Below are positions 41,501 to 56,500 of a DNA stretch of 64,000 nt, in pieces. Source of the DNA: Laetmonice hystrix. Taxonomy: Eukaryota. Each line of letters starts with the position of its first letter. Positions within the stretch are counted from its first letter, which is position 1. Under the pieces are notes generated by a model. It was not told the origin of the DNA. It worked only from the letters and a program-made list of their open reading frames with translations, and searched no databases. The stretch is taken from positions 19,902,001 through 19,966,000 of the forward strand of contig OZ249439.1 in NCBI GenBank assembly GCA_965235115.1, in the 5' to 3' direction. Position numbers and translations under genes: made by a program.

Positions 41501-44500
41501 CGGTTTTACCTTCTGGTGCTCGTGAGATAGAATTAAATCTGCTCGCAATGAAGGTCATAAAAGCTATTTACAAACTTCTTAGATTTAATCAGACACGTAA
41601 TTAGCAATTCTAGGATTAACCTCACGAAAAATCAGCTGCATAGATTAGCCATAAGACGTTTTATTCTGTTGACAGTTTTCCATCTCGGATGGAGGGTTAG
41701 CTGTCAGAAAGGTTCACAATTATGGCACTCGGTTGGAATGTAATCTGCTGGGATTTCTTCATTAGGCCTGTCATTTTCCTGGGCCGTCGCTGTTTTAGCA
41801 TCACTAATATCCGCGAGGGCATCGTGATGTCCGGGTGAGAAGAGTTATATAGGCGCATTATTAGGATAATAGGATAAGTCATTTTCAAGACTGTCAAATT
41901 TCTCTCCCGCATTCTGTTAGTGGAAATCGCACACCTTCAAATTTCTCTCCCGCATTCTGTTAGTGAAAATCGCGCACCTTCAAATTTCTCTCCCGCATGA
42001 ATTTCTGTTAGTGGAAATCGCACACCTTCAAATTTCTCTCCCGCATTCTGTTAGTGGAAATCGCACACCTTTAAATTTCTCTCCCGCATTCTTTTAGTGG
42101 AAATCGCACACCTTCAAATTTCTCTCCCGCATTCTTTTAGTGGAAATCGCCCATGCACCTTCAAAGAAAATACACGTGTATGTCGATGACATGTATACCT
42201 GAATTTCCAAAGCTTAATATTTACGAGTTTAACGTCATGGGGAAGTTCTTCGGAAAGTATTAAACCTACACGTACTGATCGAACTTTAATAAGGTTAATA
42301 GAAGGTAAATTAGCAGAGAAGAGCACCAGAATGGGTCTGGCAGCACCAGTGGCAGCAATATGCGGTGTTCTGACAGGTTAGACCGGATTACTAGTTCTGC
42401 CTATCTACCGGCACTGACCCGCTATACTATCTAGGGCAGGTTCACACTGAGGATTTCTCCCGGATAATACCCGGGTCAGTGGCGCTGAGCTGTATGTGAA
42501 CGCGCTTACCCTGAGCGGGGTAAAGATGCCAGAGTTACAGCTGCCTGACTCAGTGAATGGTTGGGGCACACGATACCACGTACCATGCTTACATCACGCA
42601 CAGTAGGATGGAATGATACACACTCCACAGCCTGTCTATAACTTGGTTTGAACACGAATCCACATTTTCGCCGCCCGTCGGCGACTATGGACCGTACCAG
42701 GGACCCCGGGCGGGGCTGGGGAGGGACGGTCCTCTTGAGTTGATGGGGCTGTGTTCCTTTTACTGTACCTGCGTCCTCGTTTTACTTTTTTTTTTAAACG
42801 GAGTATATACATACATGGACTGGAGAGGTTATTGTCAACAGGACCACTGAAGGTCGCAAAGCCTCTCCCCCCCCCAAGGAATGCATAAACCCGGAGAATT
42901 TCTTTTGATACTATCGACTCGGAAGAAAAGCAGTTTCCATGGTAACAGGTACTGAGATCAAATCTCAAAGGATGCATCTATTGTACATAAAGCTATCTAT
43001 GGATCAATGATTTAATGTAACCCTAGAAGTATAAGAGATTAAAAATATCCCGCTATCCTGTAGAGATGATGGAGTAGTATGTTTACTGATTATCTAAGTG
43101 CAGTGTCCTTGCTCTTAACGTTTTAAACCTGCCTGCTGGGAGTACAGATGAGCAACCCCCCTCTGGGGGCGCGACGCTCGCTCTCTGCGCCAAGGTTGAT
43201 CAGTGTCATTTTATAGAATAACTTATGTTATTGAGTGTTACCTATCAATCTCCTGCACTGTAGGTGGTTCACATGTTTTGCAAAGAAAGTCGTTCACATA
43301 CGTGATTGTGTATGTTTGATTTATCTGATCGGCACTTATTAAAGCCTTAGTCAAATACTTAGCATAAGGTGCACCAGTAGAGATGTGGTCACTTTTGGTG
43401 CATTGACCGTACTCTTAATATTCGCATAATCTATTAGCAGGGCTCATTTGGCCGAGTCCCGGCGAATCACAATATTCTATTGTCCTGCTGAGCATTACTT
43501 ATATAGGCTGTATCGATATTAGCCCTCTTACCGTTATGATATACATCGGCCTTTGTGTTGGGGTCAAATTACCCATCTCTGTGTTATTTATTAGGGCAAC
43601 TTACCAAGAGCCTCAAATTACCTTCTGTTGGTTGTTAGAAAAATAATGAACATGTGAAACACGAGTAAATGATGGACAGAATTGTATGGCGTTGACGTCG
43701 ATTACATCGAAATTAACATTTACTTGGACGATGCGGGTACATGATCTTCAGTTGACAATATTACCGTCCCTCCCCCTAAATAATGGCCACTTTCATACTA
43801 TTATTTCCTGTCTGCTCTGTGGAATAATGAATGTTTACACTGAAGTGCAAACATGCCCCATAACAAATGGAACTGAATTTTTTAAACGCAAACATGAGGG
43901 AGTCCTACTCCTCGACGCAGGTCCTACATGTACACGTGACCTCGCAACATGTGGTGGTGTGCTAAGGTTTATTGCTAGAATAATTACATCTTAGATTACT
44001 GGAGCGATGCGCACCTGGACATATTCAATCTATTCAATAGATGTGGCACAGTCTTCGCCAAGGCATTTGACAACCGGCAGACAATAAGTCCAGTACTTTT
44101 ATCCCATGTGAATACCCTCGATAAATCCACTGAATCAATCGGCAGCAAAGAATGAATGCTAACTCCATTGTTAATGTACACAGTACTGTATAGGCATTCA
44201 TAGAGTGGGACGGTACAAATATATATGCACTGTTTTACCACTGGAAATTTCATACCCAAGAATACTGGCACATACTGAATATTGGTAACTTATATGTGGG
44301 GCAGTGGATAGGCCTGTGGGCACAGTAAGTGTTAGAGGTGCTCAATATTGGTTATCCATCCGTGGAAATGGTGGAGGGAGTGGGGTGAGTTAGGGTTAGG
44401 GCCAGGTTCAGGGGTAGAGTCAGGGATAGAGATAGCGACAGAGCCTCTCGTCTACCGACCATGGTACATGGAGTAACGAAGTATATCTGACTCAATATTG

Positions 44501-47500
44501 GTACATGTACGTGAGGGGTTGTGGAGCTCCAATTATACATCAGGTTGACCACTGAAGCCACAGCTTTCAGTAATATGAAGTGGGAGCAGGAGTAAGCCAC
44601 TTTCACTACGTTGGCTGACACAGGAGGAGGGTTTGAAGACAATGCTGATCTGCTCCATCCTCTGATCATCCTCCGTCTGATGACACATTTCTTCTGTCGA
44701 GACTGGGCCTCTATGGAGGGAGTCCTCTTGAAAGAAGCCCTTTGATGTTATTGTCAATATTTATCTCTTTGCCAGAAACATAAAAGCAGCAACAAAGTAC
44801 CCTTTAGTAGCGGAGGAAGGCGTACCCCTGGATGTGAGCTACCCCTGTAAATTAGCATTTTTTAGAAGATCATTTCCCCTGAAAACTCAACAATCGGAAC
44901 GTTTGGTAAAGCATTAAATTAGCCCAGCATTCTCGGAGGGATAAGGAAATGAACACGACCGGTTGGTAATACAAGTGTATTATTCCTGCTACGTGCTATA
45001 AATTTGTTCATTTCATTATGTTGATAAACACGACACGACTTGAAGAAATAATACACCCGTGGTACGTATATACCCTGAGGCGTATTTAGAGAATCAATCA
45101 GGGAGGACAGCAGGCCAGAATTGTCGGCAAACCAAGGGGGCATGGCCTGAAGCATTTCCCTTCCTTCCTACTAGCTCCTGTACCATCTTAATATATCGAT
45201 ACATCTTCATTGTTATACGTAATACATTACGTATCCATAAAAATCAACATTTGTAAACATCTCCCAAGTTTCTCCCGCACAATGGGCAGCATTGGGAGGA
45301 AACCTGTAAGACCAAGGGCATTCCCAAGCAGCTTACCTACAGCTCACAGTGGTGGGAACAGAGTTACAAGCAAGAGCAGCAGAATTAGTTGATCAGATTG
45401 ATCACCTTGGTGGGGAGAAAACAAGCAAAGTGTTGATCTTTGCCGGTGAAGCCGGGCCGTCCCCAGAAGTCGGCCCCCATCCCTGCACGCCGACGTGAAG
45501 GCTGGGTTTTATCCCCGAACTTCAAAGCCTGGCTGTTGACTCAAAGTTTGTGTAAATCCCGCCCTCGCTCTCACGGAGGGCAGATTGGCCTGACCTGAGG
45601 GGGTTTGGCGGAGATCAAAGGAGCGTGAGAGGCGTGGTGGGGGATACGTGCAGGAGCAGCCTCGCCTGCCCACAGCACTGCAGTGTGATCGATGGAAATA
45701 AAGGGAGTACAAATTGTCTTCTCAATTAAGAGTTAGATTTTGTTCAATTAGCACATAATGGAGTGACCTGATTTCAAATCAGCTCACATTTATTCGACAG
45801 ATAGCCAAAGTGGTATTATTACTCGAGAACGTATATCGACTTCTTGCAGTTAGTAAAAAAAAGGTTCATGGCCTCAGGCCGTGGTTCGTGGCTATTGAAA
45901 TAATAATGGCGCACACTTAACGTAAACTGCATCCATAGTGTGAACTGATTGAATTGTCTCCCTGCCATTCTCCAACAAAACGACCACCTCTTAACACGAT
46001 CATTGATGTCGCCTGTCAGTGACGCCACGCACGCTCAAACCTTTAACATCTTCCATATTTCGACAGCCAACCAGTCATTGAAACAATGCTTTACCAGTGC
46101 ATACAAAGCCTGAATATGCATCGGACATACTAGGATTTCCCAGTAGAATGACAGCGTTTTGATTAAAAGACAAGATAACAATTAAAAGATGCTAATTATT
46201 TTCAAGTTGTTGAAAACAAACGTAGGAGTATCGACTTGTTCTTCTGCTGTAATATGTGGGAGGCACAGCGTATTCCCCTTTGCACAAAACCGTATCTGAT
46301 TGAAACCTCAGAAAAAAAGCGGTTGTCACATCAGGATCTGTGAAATGTCAGGTTATTTGCAAGAAGACCTCGTATTATTAGCTTTCAAACATCATGATGA
46401 GTGAGCATTGTTGCGTCCATAATATTCTCAGACTCCAAAACGTCAAATGAAATTGGTTAAGGATGAAGAACCTTTAAGATGAATGCCAATGCCTTTTTAC
46501 TGAACTTTGGCTTGAAGAAGTTAATCCTTTTCTATTGGATTAAGCGTATATCCAACCAATTGTTATACGATCAACTATAATACTTTATTTGCAGTAATTA
46601 ATTTCCTTCAGAAATGAAAAGTTGTAAGCAATGTAAAGCAGACTTCCTAGAAAAGCCTTCATAGAAAGTCTTGACTGCCTGTATTAGATGCCTCTAATGG
46701 CACCCAAGGGTGACAGCCGCGTTAATGAGTTAACTTCATACATTTATTACAAGAGCTGCTGTCACAACCCTCATTTGTGTCTCCTAAGTGTATGAAGAAC
46801 CCCTTTATATGGCTTTGAAAAATTGATCTTGCCCAACTTAATGACAGTGTCTAGCTTAATGAGGGTTAGGAAAGCCATTCTTCTTATCGACATCCAACTA
46901 AAGAACAGATGGTATGTCAGATATCTGCATACATGCACGAGATAACAATGTTACGGGGAGAGTTTTTGTAAACTATTGTCCTCCTGCCAATATTAAAAGC
47001 TCTGCTGTGCAGACCCCCGTCACAGCTTCTCCTGTGTCCGAAGAGAATATTTTAAGTACTTCCCGGCAGTCTCTGCCAGTAATCGTGTGCTGTATCTGCA
47101 GACAAATGATACGGATATACCGCGGTCGGAAAGCATCATAGGGGTGGGAAATTATGCTTTTTTTGGTCCGCTTCTCCTTTGAGGTTTTGTGGTAATTTTA
47201 ACCTGGCATATATGCTGTGGGCATGACCAAGTAAGGCCGTCGAAATGCGGGTTTCTTATTTCCATGCATAATGCGTCATCACTTTTATCTCACATCTTCC
47301 CTTACTGACTCCTGCCACCTCCACTGACAATACTTTAGCCAAGCGTTTATTGCTCTCACAAAGACAATAGAGTCGAGAACGTTCAAGTCACTTCCAAATC
47401 TTTAGAAAATTTACATTGCACTAAACCGAACATGAACTCTTCATATGGCAGGAACATAGGCAAGTCAGATGTCAGGTGTCAGGTGACAGAAGAAGAGTTT

Positions 47501-50500
47501 AAAATGGGCGAGAAATTTCAGTAGATACTGCTGACTTGACGTTTAGACGGCATTAATATATAAATGAGACCTGGAAAAACGTGTGGGCTAAATCCCTGCT
47601 GTGGGTTGTAGGGACAGATCAGAGTGTCCCCTGACAACTCGTGAAGCAAGCTAACTCTGCTGAAGGAACTACACACAAACCATTCCAAATGTGAAACTAG
47701 TAAAGATCTTGAAGGAATGTGGATTCTTTAAAAGTTAAAGTTTAATTTCTCCTGTGGTAAACATAATATAGGTAAGCCCGTGCGTGGTTGACTCACCCAG
47801 TACAAACTGATAGGGACAGTAAAAAGGCTGCACCGTCAGCGATTTAGGGATAGCCGGATGGGTTGAATTCATGCAGACTTCGCGGGTCAGGGGCGGATCC
47901 AGAAGTGGTATTCTGGCGGTGGGGGTGGGGTGGGGATGGGGGTGAGGGTGGGGATGGGGTGGGGGTGGTATACAAGTGATGCTTCTTAGTGGATAAACGC
48001 GGCGGGGCACAGCCATTTTGGTCTATGTGTTAATGCTATAGGGGCCACGTTTTCCCTAGCCCCCCGATGCCAGTAATCTTTGAGTTAACTGAAGGATTTG
48101 TATGGGCACGAGGAACACGGTCTTCATTTCCTTTTTTTCTGCTAGGATGTAAAAAGTCAGGCCCCTGAGTCCGCCAGCTGATGATGGGTTCACTGATGCG
48201 AGAAATGTCATTAACTTATCGTGGCCTAAGGAGACAGATCTTTCACCGCCGCTTTCAGTGTTTGTGTTAAACATCCTCACTGAGTATGGACAGGTGAGAT
48301 ATTTCAATGGGGGCACCATTCACGACACAGCATCAAAAGCTTCTCCATTTCTGAGTTTGTTTTCCCAACTAGACCTCCACATTGCCCCGTGATAGACAAA
48401 GTATTTTTGTTCCAGGACTCTATGAGCTGTTGCTATTGAACCTATTGCGTGCGGCATATATATTAGGAAGTGATATGGTTTGCCTCTGATCTCTAAGAGT
48501 CGGTGGCCCTATTTGATGTGACATTGTGTGATCCGGGGCTATTTCTGGCGCCGGCCTGAGCTGGAAGTGTTGCAAATGGTAAATTAAACATGGATTCTGC
48601 TGCGGACATGACCAAGAGATTATTGCTTGCATGTTGTTCATCCACTCACCAGTCCAGATCAAGCAAGCATATATAAAAAAATCGCCCCAATGGTCAGAGG
48701 TCGTTGGGTTACTAGCGACATGCAATTAGTGGAAGTCTCGACCGAAACTTTCTCTCACCTAATCCTTTGAGAATCTCGCTTCAGAAGCATAGCTTGTAGA
48801 CCTTGTAATAAGCTCATTATCTCAATCCTTTATACATCCAGACTGCAGGTGTTATAAATGGTATCATTATAAAAGTACAATATGTGTAGAATAATGAGCT
48901 CTAACATTTCATCTTTTCCCATGTTTATATCGTAACATTGGAAACTGATGCAATGATTAATTCGGTCTATCTCTAGCTATAGGTCGCGTTCGACACATGC
49001 AGTTTGTATTAGGCAAATATAGTATGGTCGTGAGTGCCTCGTCACGATGCCGATTGGTTTATTTTCCATCTGGTATGTCTCACTGCTGGCTGTAGCCGTT
49101 TTATTACCCACGGTAATATCAATTACCGTGACCTTGAGGCTACTCAGCTGTGTGGTTCAAGGGTTCAGGGTCGTCCTTCACTTGTAACGTAAGACCGTCC
49201 CAAGATTCTAGTAACAACCTGACTCCTGACAACCTGACCGTCAGACCCTATCCATGACAACCTGACCGTCAGACCCTATCCATAACAACCCGACCGTCAG
49301 ACCCTATTCATGACAACCTGACCGTCAGACCCTATCCATGACAACCCGACCGTCAGACCCTATCCATGACAACCTGACCGTCAGACCCTATCCATGACAA
49401 CCCGACCGTCAGACCCTATCCATGACAACTTGACCGTCAGACCCTATCCATAACAACCTGACCGTCAGACCCTATCCATGACAACTTGGCCGTCAGACCC
49501 TATCCATGACAACCTGACCGTCAGACCCTATCCATGACAACCCGACCGTCAGACCCTATCCATGACAACCTGACCGTCAGACTCTATCCATAACAACCTG
49601 ACCGTCAGACCCTATCCATAACAATCTGACCGTCAGACCCTATCCATGACAACCCGATCGTCAGACCCTATCCATGACAACCTGACCGTCAGACCCTATC
49701 CATGACAACCTGACCGTCAGAACCTATCCATGACAACTTGACCGTCAGACCCTATCCATAACAACCTGACCGTCAGACCCTATCCATGACAACTTGACCG
49801 TCAGACCCTATCCATAACAACCTGACCGTCAGACCCTATCCATGACAACTTGGCCGTCAGACCCTATCCATGACAACCTGACCGTCAGACCCTATCCATG
49901 ACAACCTGACCATCAGACCCTGTCCATGACAACCTGACCGTCGGACCCTATCCATGACAACCTGACCGTCAGCCCCTGTCCATGACAACCTGACCGTCAG
50001 ACCCTATCCATAACAACCTGACCGTCAGACCCTATCCATGACAACTTGGCCGTCAGACCCTATCCATGACAACCTGACCGTCAGACCCTATCCATGACAA
50101 CCTGACCATCAGACCCTGTCCATGACAACCTGACCGTCGGACCCTATCCATGACAACCTGACCGTCAGCCCCTGTCCATGACAACCTGACCGTCAGACCC
50201 TATCCATGACAACCTGACCGTCAGACCCTATCCATGACAACTTGACCGTCAGACCCTATCCATAACAACCTGACCGTCAGACCCTATCCATGACAACTTG
50301 ACCGTCAGACCCTATCCATAACAACCTGACCGTCAGACCCTATCCATGACAACTTGGCCGTCAGACCCTATCCATGACAACCTGACCGTCAGACCCTATC
50401 CATGACAACCCGACCGTCAGACCCTATCCATGACAACCTGACCATCAGACCCTGTCCATGACAACCTGACCGTCGGACCCTATCCATGACAACCTGACCG

Positions 50501-53500
50501 TCAGCCCCTGTCCATGACAACCTGACCGTCGGACCCTATCCATGACAACCTGACCGTCAGACCCTATCCATGACAACCTGACCGTCGGACCCTATCCATG
50601 ACAACCTGACCGTCAGACCCTATCCATGACAACCTGACCGTCAGACCCTATCCATGACAACTTGACCGTCAGACCCTATCCATAACAACCTGACCGTCAG
50701 ACCCTATCCATGACAACTTGACCGTCAGACCCTATCCATAACAACCTGACCGTCAGACCCTATCCATGACAACTTGGCCGTCAGACCCTATCCATGACAA
50801 CCTGACCGTCAGACCCTATCCATGACAACCCGACCGTCAGACCCTATCCATGACAACCTGACCATCAGACCCTGTCCATGACAACCTGACCGTCGGACCC
50901 TATCCATGACAACCTGACCGTCAGCCCCTGTCCATGACAACCTGACCGTCGGACCCTATCCATGACAACCTGACCGTCAGACCCTATCCATGACAACCTG
51001 ACCGTCGGACCCTATCCATGACAACCTGACCGTCGGACCCTATCCATGACAACCTGACCGTCAGACCCTATCCATGACAACCTGACCATCAGACCCTATC
51101 CATGACAACCTGACCGTCAGACCCTATCCATGACAACCCGACCGTCAGACCCTATCCATAACAACCTGACCGTCAGACCCTATCCATGACAACCCGACCG
51201 TCAGACCCTATCCATGACAACCCGACCGTCAGACCCTATCCATGACAACCTGACCGTCAGACCCTATCCATGACAACCTGACCGTCAGACCCTATCCATA
51301 ACGTCCATAAAAGAGAAACGACATATCCTCCTGTCTGTTTGATTTTCTTAAGACACCTTCTCTATAGGTGGCCGTAGTCACGTTCGGAGAACACGGATCG
51401 TCTATAAGTTCTCAAACTGATGGCAAAAGCCTCATTCGATGTTTGAATTCTGTCAAGATTTATCGGCGAATCTTTGTCACAGGTAGTTCACACATCCTGT
51501 TTGTCTGCCCTGCCATGATGCCGGGTCATCAGAGTTTTGCTCTGCTAGCTTCATGTGGCTGCTTGTTCCCGAATGGTCGATGCTTCTGCACATCTCCAGG
51601 CTCGTAATCAGTGAAATATTGAAATCCTGCGGCATATTTACAAACTGTTTAACATACAAAACTACATATCAACACGCTGCTTAGTTCTAGTTTATACAAT
51701 TTATACAATATATGATGAGTACCTGAATCAAGAAAGTATTCTTGCCAGTAATGGAACTAAAAGTACAGACAAATCTGCCTTGATAAGAACTGGGCCGGGA
51801 AGGGGAGTTTACGGTTCGGGGTTGTCACCCACAAACAACAAGGAGGCTTAGTGGCCCCAAGCATATTAATTATGCATGGAGGCATTTTTTTAAAGACTAT
51901 GTCCAGTCTCATATTACTGTAAGCTCCATAATCTATATGTATGCCTAAGTAAGTAATGGAATGGAGAGCTTTTGAATTCATAATGATATCGTATGTTGAC
52001 AGTTGAATGGCCGCAGGCTCCGACTTTTTCTATAAATGGTTTCGCGTAGGTTTCACCAAATGAACATAAGCCGCATTTCTGGACAGCCGCCATCGGACAA
52101 CTGATATGTCCCGCCGTGGCTCATCACATAATCCTGCTTCGAGAAAGGCTGTTAATCCGAGGTAATCCTAGTATTATCCCCGCCCCAACTCGCAGTACTG
52201 AAGAACTTACACGAACCCCCTCCAGGAATGCATGTTTGCTTCGGTCTGCAGTGACGAACCAGAATTCTGGTCCGCCTCCAGCGGCCTCAGATTGTGCAAG
52301 ACGAGAGGACGATCTGGAGTGGACCAGAATGAAGTCTGGATCAGGGGTTAACTTGGCCGCAGGGCTCTGCGAGGGCACGAGTTCCACATAATTAGGATGC
52401 TCTACATCCCAGGAAACATATTCAGGCAGGCAAACGGAAATCCATAATAGGAATCTACTCAAAATTGCCCCTCTTGGGTCTTGCTACATAAGAGGAATTA
52501 CACCATGCAATGTTGGCGGTTGTAACGGCATGGACTACATGCAGAAGTAAGAAACTCTAGCCTTCAGAATCTGATTTCAGTTCTGGTGGTAATAATATTA
52601 TCATACTCTGTTTTGCTGGATATTTAACTTAAAACGACACAGTTGTTAAACTTGATCTAAATCTTGCTGTGGCACAGAAGGTCAAATGAAAAAGGTGCAG
52701 CCTCACGAGATCCTTTCGATGACCATTTTATAAAAACAACCATAATATAGACAGTGGCTGACTGTACAGCGTCCGTGTCAGGTAACATGAACGGTTCCTG
52801 AAGGAAATCATCCCCAGGCTCCCGAGGACTGACCTGACACCAACTAATATGTGTTGGCATACAACAGGCAAATAATGTCATTCGAGAAGTTCTGTATTTT
52901 AGTTATCCGGCTGGGTGGCAGGTGGCTTGTTATTTATTGACGCGAGGTGGAGGAAGAGAAGAAAGTGGAGGAGGGGGAGTGGAAGTGGAGGTGTAGGAGG
53001 AGGAGGGGGGAGGAGGGGCGGAGGAGGAGGAAGGGGGTAAGAGGGTAGGGTTAACAAGCCCGAGGTCAGAGGAAGAGCTGACTGCGGGGAGATCCACGTA
53101 CATCATCAGTTACACCTGAGTAGTACTAAGTGGCAGTAGCCCGCTCCCACTGTGCCTTGTTTCTCTCACTTTTAATGAACAACACTGAACTCCTCGGCAA
53201 GATGAACGAGACTGGCAGAGCGCAGTGCAGGTCCCACACCCCCGTGTCACCTTGAAATGAGGCCTTTTAAAAGGATGGATCCAACGCGCTCCACAAGCCG
53301 GACTGTACAGGGCGGACTTCGTGAATACCAAGTTACAGATTGCTGCTCAAATCAAGTTCATGAACTCAATTTCACATGCAGACCTTTAATTTCAATTCAG
53401 ACAAGGGTTGAGCATATAGCTAGTCATCCTCAAGCAAATATTAATAGATGTGACGAGTGCACGGGGAAAACGATATATGTCACATTTTTGTTGGATTGAC

Positions 53501-56500
53501 GATTACTGCGCCATCCTCCGGGTACTCCGGTTTCCTCCACCAAGAAAAACTGACTTTCATCATCATCTTCACCGCCGTGATATGCCCCTGGCTGGTGCAA
53601 GGCGTAAAACCCCAAACACCCACCCACTCACCCACCGCCTAAACCAATAGAAATAGGTCAACTCGATCGATCCAAGTCCGTAGCTGTGGGGGTATAATGA
53701 TTTAACATCCTTGTTCAAAATGATCCATGTCGACGGCTAACCAGAACAAGAACGATCTAAGTCCATTGGTGTAGCATGTCGGCCAAAAATAACGATCCAA
53801 GCCCATAAGTCCGTCATTTTCTTCATCGTTTTTACAAAATCAGTAATAATGTGACATTCGATGGTTTTCCCCGTGTTGGCCTACTCTACACGTGTACAGG
53901 ACTACCATTCACTGGTAACTTGGGTTCGCCAGGAGAATTTACTGCTACATACCTGCAGATTGCACGAGAGTTGGCTGAATATCACCATCAGTAATGTTGT
54001 AAACATAGGCATTATCAATGGATTGTTATCGTTATCAATAGACAGGATACAAACTAACACAAAGCATGGTAATGTTGATAATGTAATCAATACGATGGGT
54101 AAAATGGCGTATAAATAGAGCGCGTTAAATCGTTCCGACTTCACCAGATCTCTACTCGTACGTTAATCCAACACATTCCTGGCCGTTGCACACTGATGCG
54201 CAATCTGTGCACTCGGCCGTACTATCATCCTCTTAGACACTTTGCTGAAAGAAACTCTAACGTAATCAGGCTTGATATGAGGCCTTCTAATTCCAGTGGA
54301 CGATATCTAGCATTATTTTTTAACAAAAGTTGACACTTGAGGATTGATACTCTCTTTTTAATTGACATGTCTTTAATCACAACGAAACACGTGTAGCAGA
54401 AAGTTCCCTTTTTGCATCATTATCACCAACACTGAGATTTGATGGATCCTAACGGAAACTTAGTCTAAGGGACTGCAACTTTTAGGTAATTATTATGGTT
54501 TGTTGATTTATCTCTGCCAAGAAAATGTATAACAAGCCCGACTTTTTATGTATTTATTAAAGATGTTTAGTTATTTCTTTCAATTACATATAGGACCAGA
54601 ATAGTTTATGAAACCGTCTAGAGGTATTTTGCGGTTTATTTTTCTTGTTCTTTTTTTTGTAGTAATGCCGTGAAAACCATTACTTTTGGCGAACTATTCT
54701 TAAGAGCTATGCATTCTCTACAACTTTAAAATCAATGGCCAGATTTAAAGATAGACCAAAACCTGTCACCAAAATATTACTCTTCCAACCATTTAATACA
54801 GGATTCGCCGTAATACTGTGTCAAAATGAAAGGATTCTACTGTTCGATATATTAGCTCAGACGGTGCACTGGCTGCTCGACTGCCAGCAAGATAACGCCC
54901 GCCAGATCTGTTGACAAATTATTGGGCCGACCTTCTTACTGTTATTTCATCAGAGAAATCACCTATAAGGTATCAGTTAAACAGGGGGAACGCCTTCCGT
55001 GTTTCCTTCAGCACTGAGGTACAACTGATAGCACAACAGTAACATCAACCAGACAACAAGACAGGATAGTCTGAGCATATTATCAAACAGGGTCTGGGTA
55101 GGAATCGTACAACAAGGAAGGTACAAGGAAGGTACAACTGATAGCACAACAGTAACATCAACCAGACAACAAGACGAGAAGATAGTCTGAGCATATTATC
55201 AAACAGGGTCTGGGTAGGAATCGTACAACAAGGAAGGTACAACAAGGAAGGTACAACTGATAGCACAACAGTAACATCAATCAGACAACAAGACAGGATA
55301 GTCTGAGCATATTATCAAACAGGGTCTGGGTAGGAATCGTACAACAAGGAAGGTACAAGGAAGGTACAACTGATAGCACAACAGTAACATCAATCAGACA
55401 ACAAGACAGGATAGTCTGAGTATATTATCAAACAGGGTCTGGGTAGGAATCGTACAACAAGGAAGGTACAAGGAAGGTACAACTGATAGCACAACAGTAA
55501 CATCAATCAGACAACAAGACAGGATAGTCTGAGCATATTATCAAACAGATTCTGGGTAGAAATCGATACTGATGAGCAAAACCCCATGGAAATCAATCAT
55601 TCATGCATGGCTAGATAACCACCCGCGTTTAGAATTATTCCCTGCATTGTCTCTCCACCTTCTGGGCGAAGGTGACAGATTATTTCTCTTCTAATAATCC
55701 ATAAATTGGTTTACTGAGCAGAAAAAGAACATAATTCCTTATTAATTCAGAAATTATGCACCCGCTCCCCGCGGGCCAGCCGATGCAGATAAATGCTCTG
55801 TCACAATCAGCACCTCAATTTCCAACCCTATTTGCCTTTTTTGAATCAGAAAGTCAAACGTGCACATCTGCCAAACAATATCACGCCAAGATTATACCTT
55901 TCTCAATAACTTTGCTTGCTGCTAGTGATTGTGAAGATATTCTTCACATTTACTCGCAGTAGTAGTGAAATGCCCAGTAGGAAAATGAAAAATACATCCT
56001 CGTCCCGCAGTTAGATTGAGGAAAAATATCGCTGCAGCATTTTCATTGTCAATTGGCCATAAATGGGAATGATAGCACATTACACTTGACAAACAATGAA
56101 GATGATTTAGGGTCTTGGCTGTTTTTCCGGAAAACTGGTGAAGAAGAAGCAGGCGATGGTTGTGTTCAGTGATGCCCTCAATCAAGATTATGGGAGACGA
56201 GTTTCTTCCTCAGGGACACTAGGCAACAGGCCTAAAAGTAGTGAATAAATATTCCATTTTCTCATTCTTAGTCGCTTGGGTGTGAGTCATTGGTAATATA
56301 AGGGGCGGTGCTGGATTTATTTTGGCTCCTGGAACGCTAGTATTCCACAGAATGATGCAAAGCGAATCCACAGAAATCGGCTTTAATGAGTCTATAAACC
56401 GCTGTCGTCGATGTCCTGATGTGCTTCATCATCACAGCACCGTCTACTACAATACCCTTACTCTATTTTTAATTTCCTTTCAGATGTTCTGGTCTAAGTT

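Noticed and set aside
42434-42505. Tiny Harbinger-like remnant (gggcaggttcaca ... tgtgaacgcgc)
   Set aside because: TIR match is short and the TSD is not intact.
44383-44428. Interstitial telomeric repeat
   Set aside because: Only two perfect TTAGGG units in a degenerate G-rich tract.
49227-51302. CRISPR-like array
   Set aside because: Units are contiguous with no unique spacers, there are no cas genes, and the context is eukaryotic.
52211-52245. Second cassette-exon candidate (ctgcag|35 nt|gtaagt, gene sense)
   Set aside because: Poor polypyrimidine tract; within chance expectation for a 24 kb intron.
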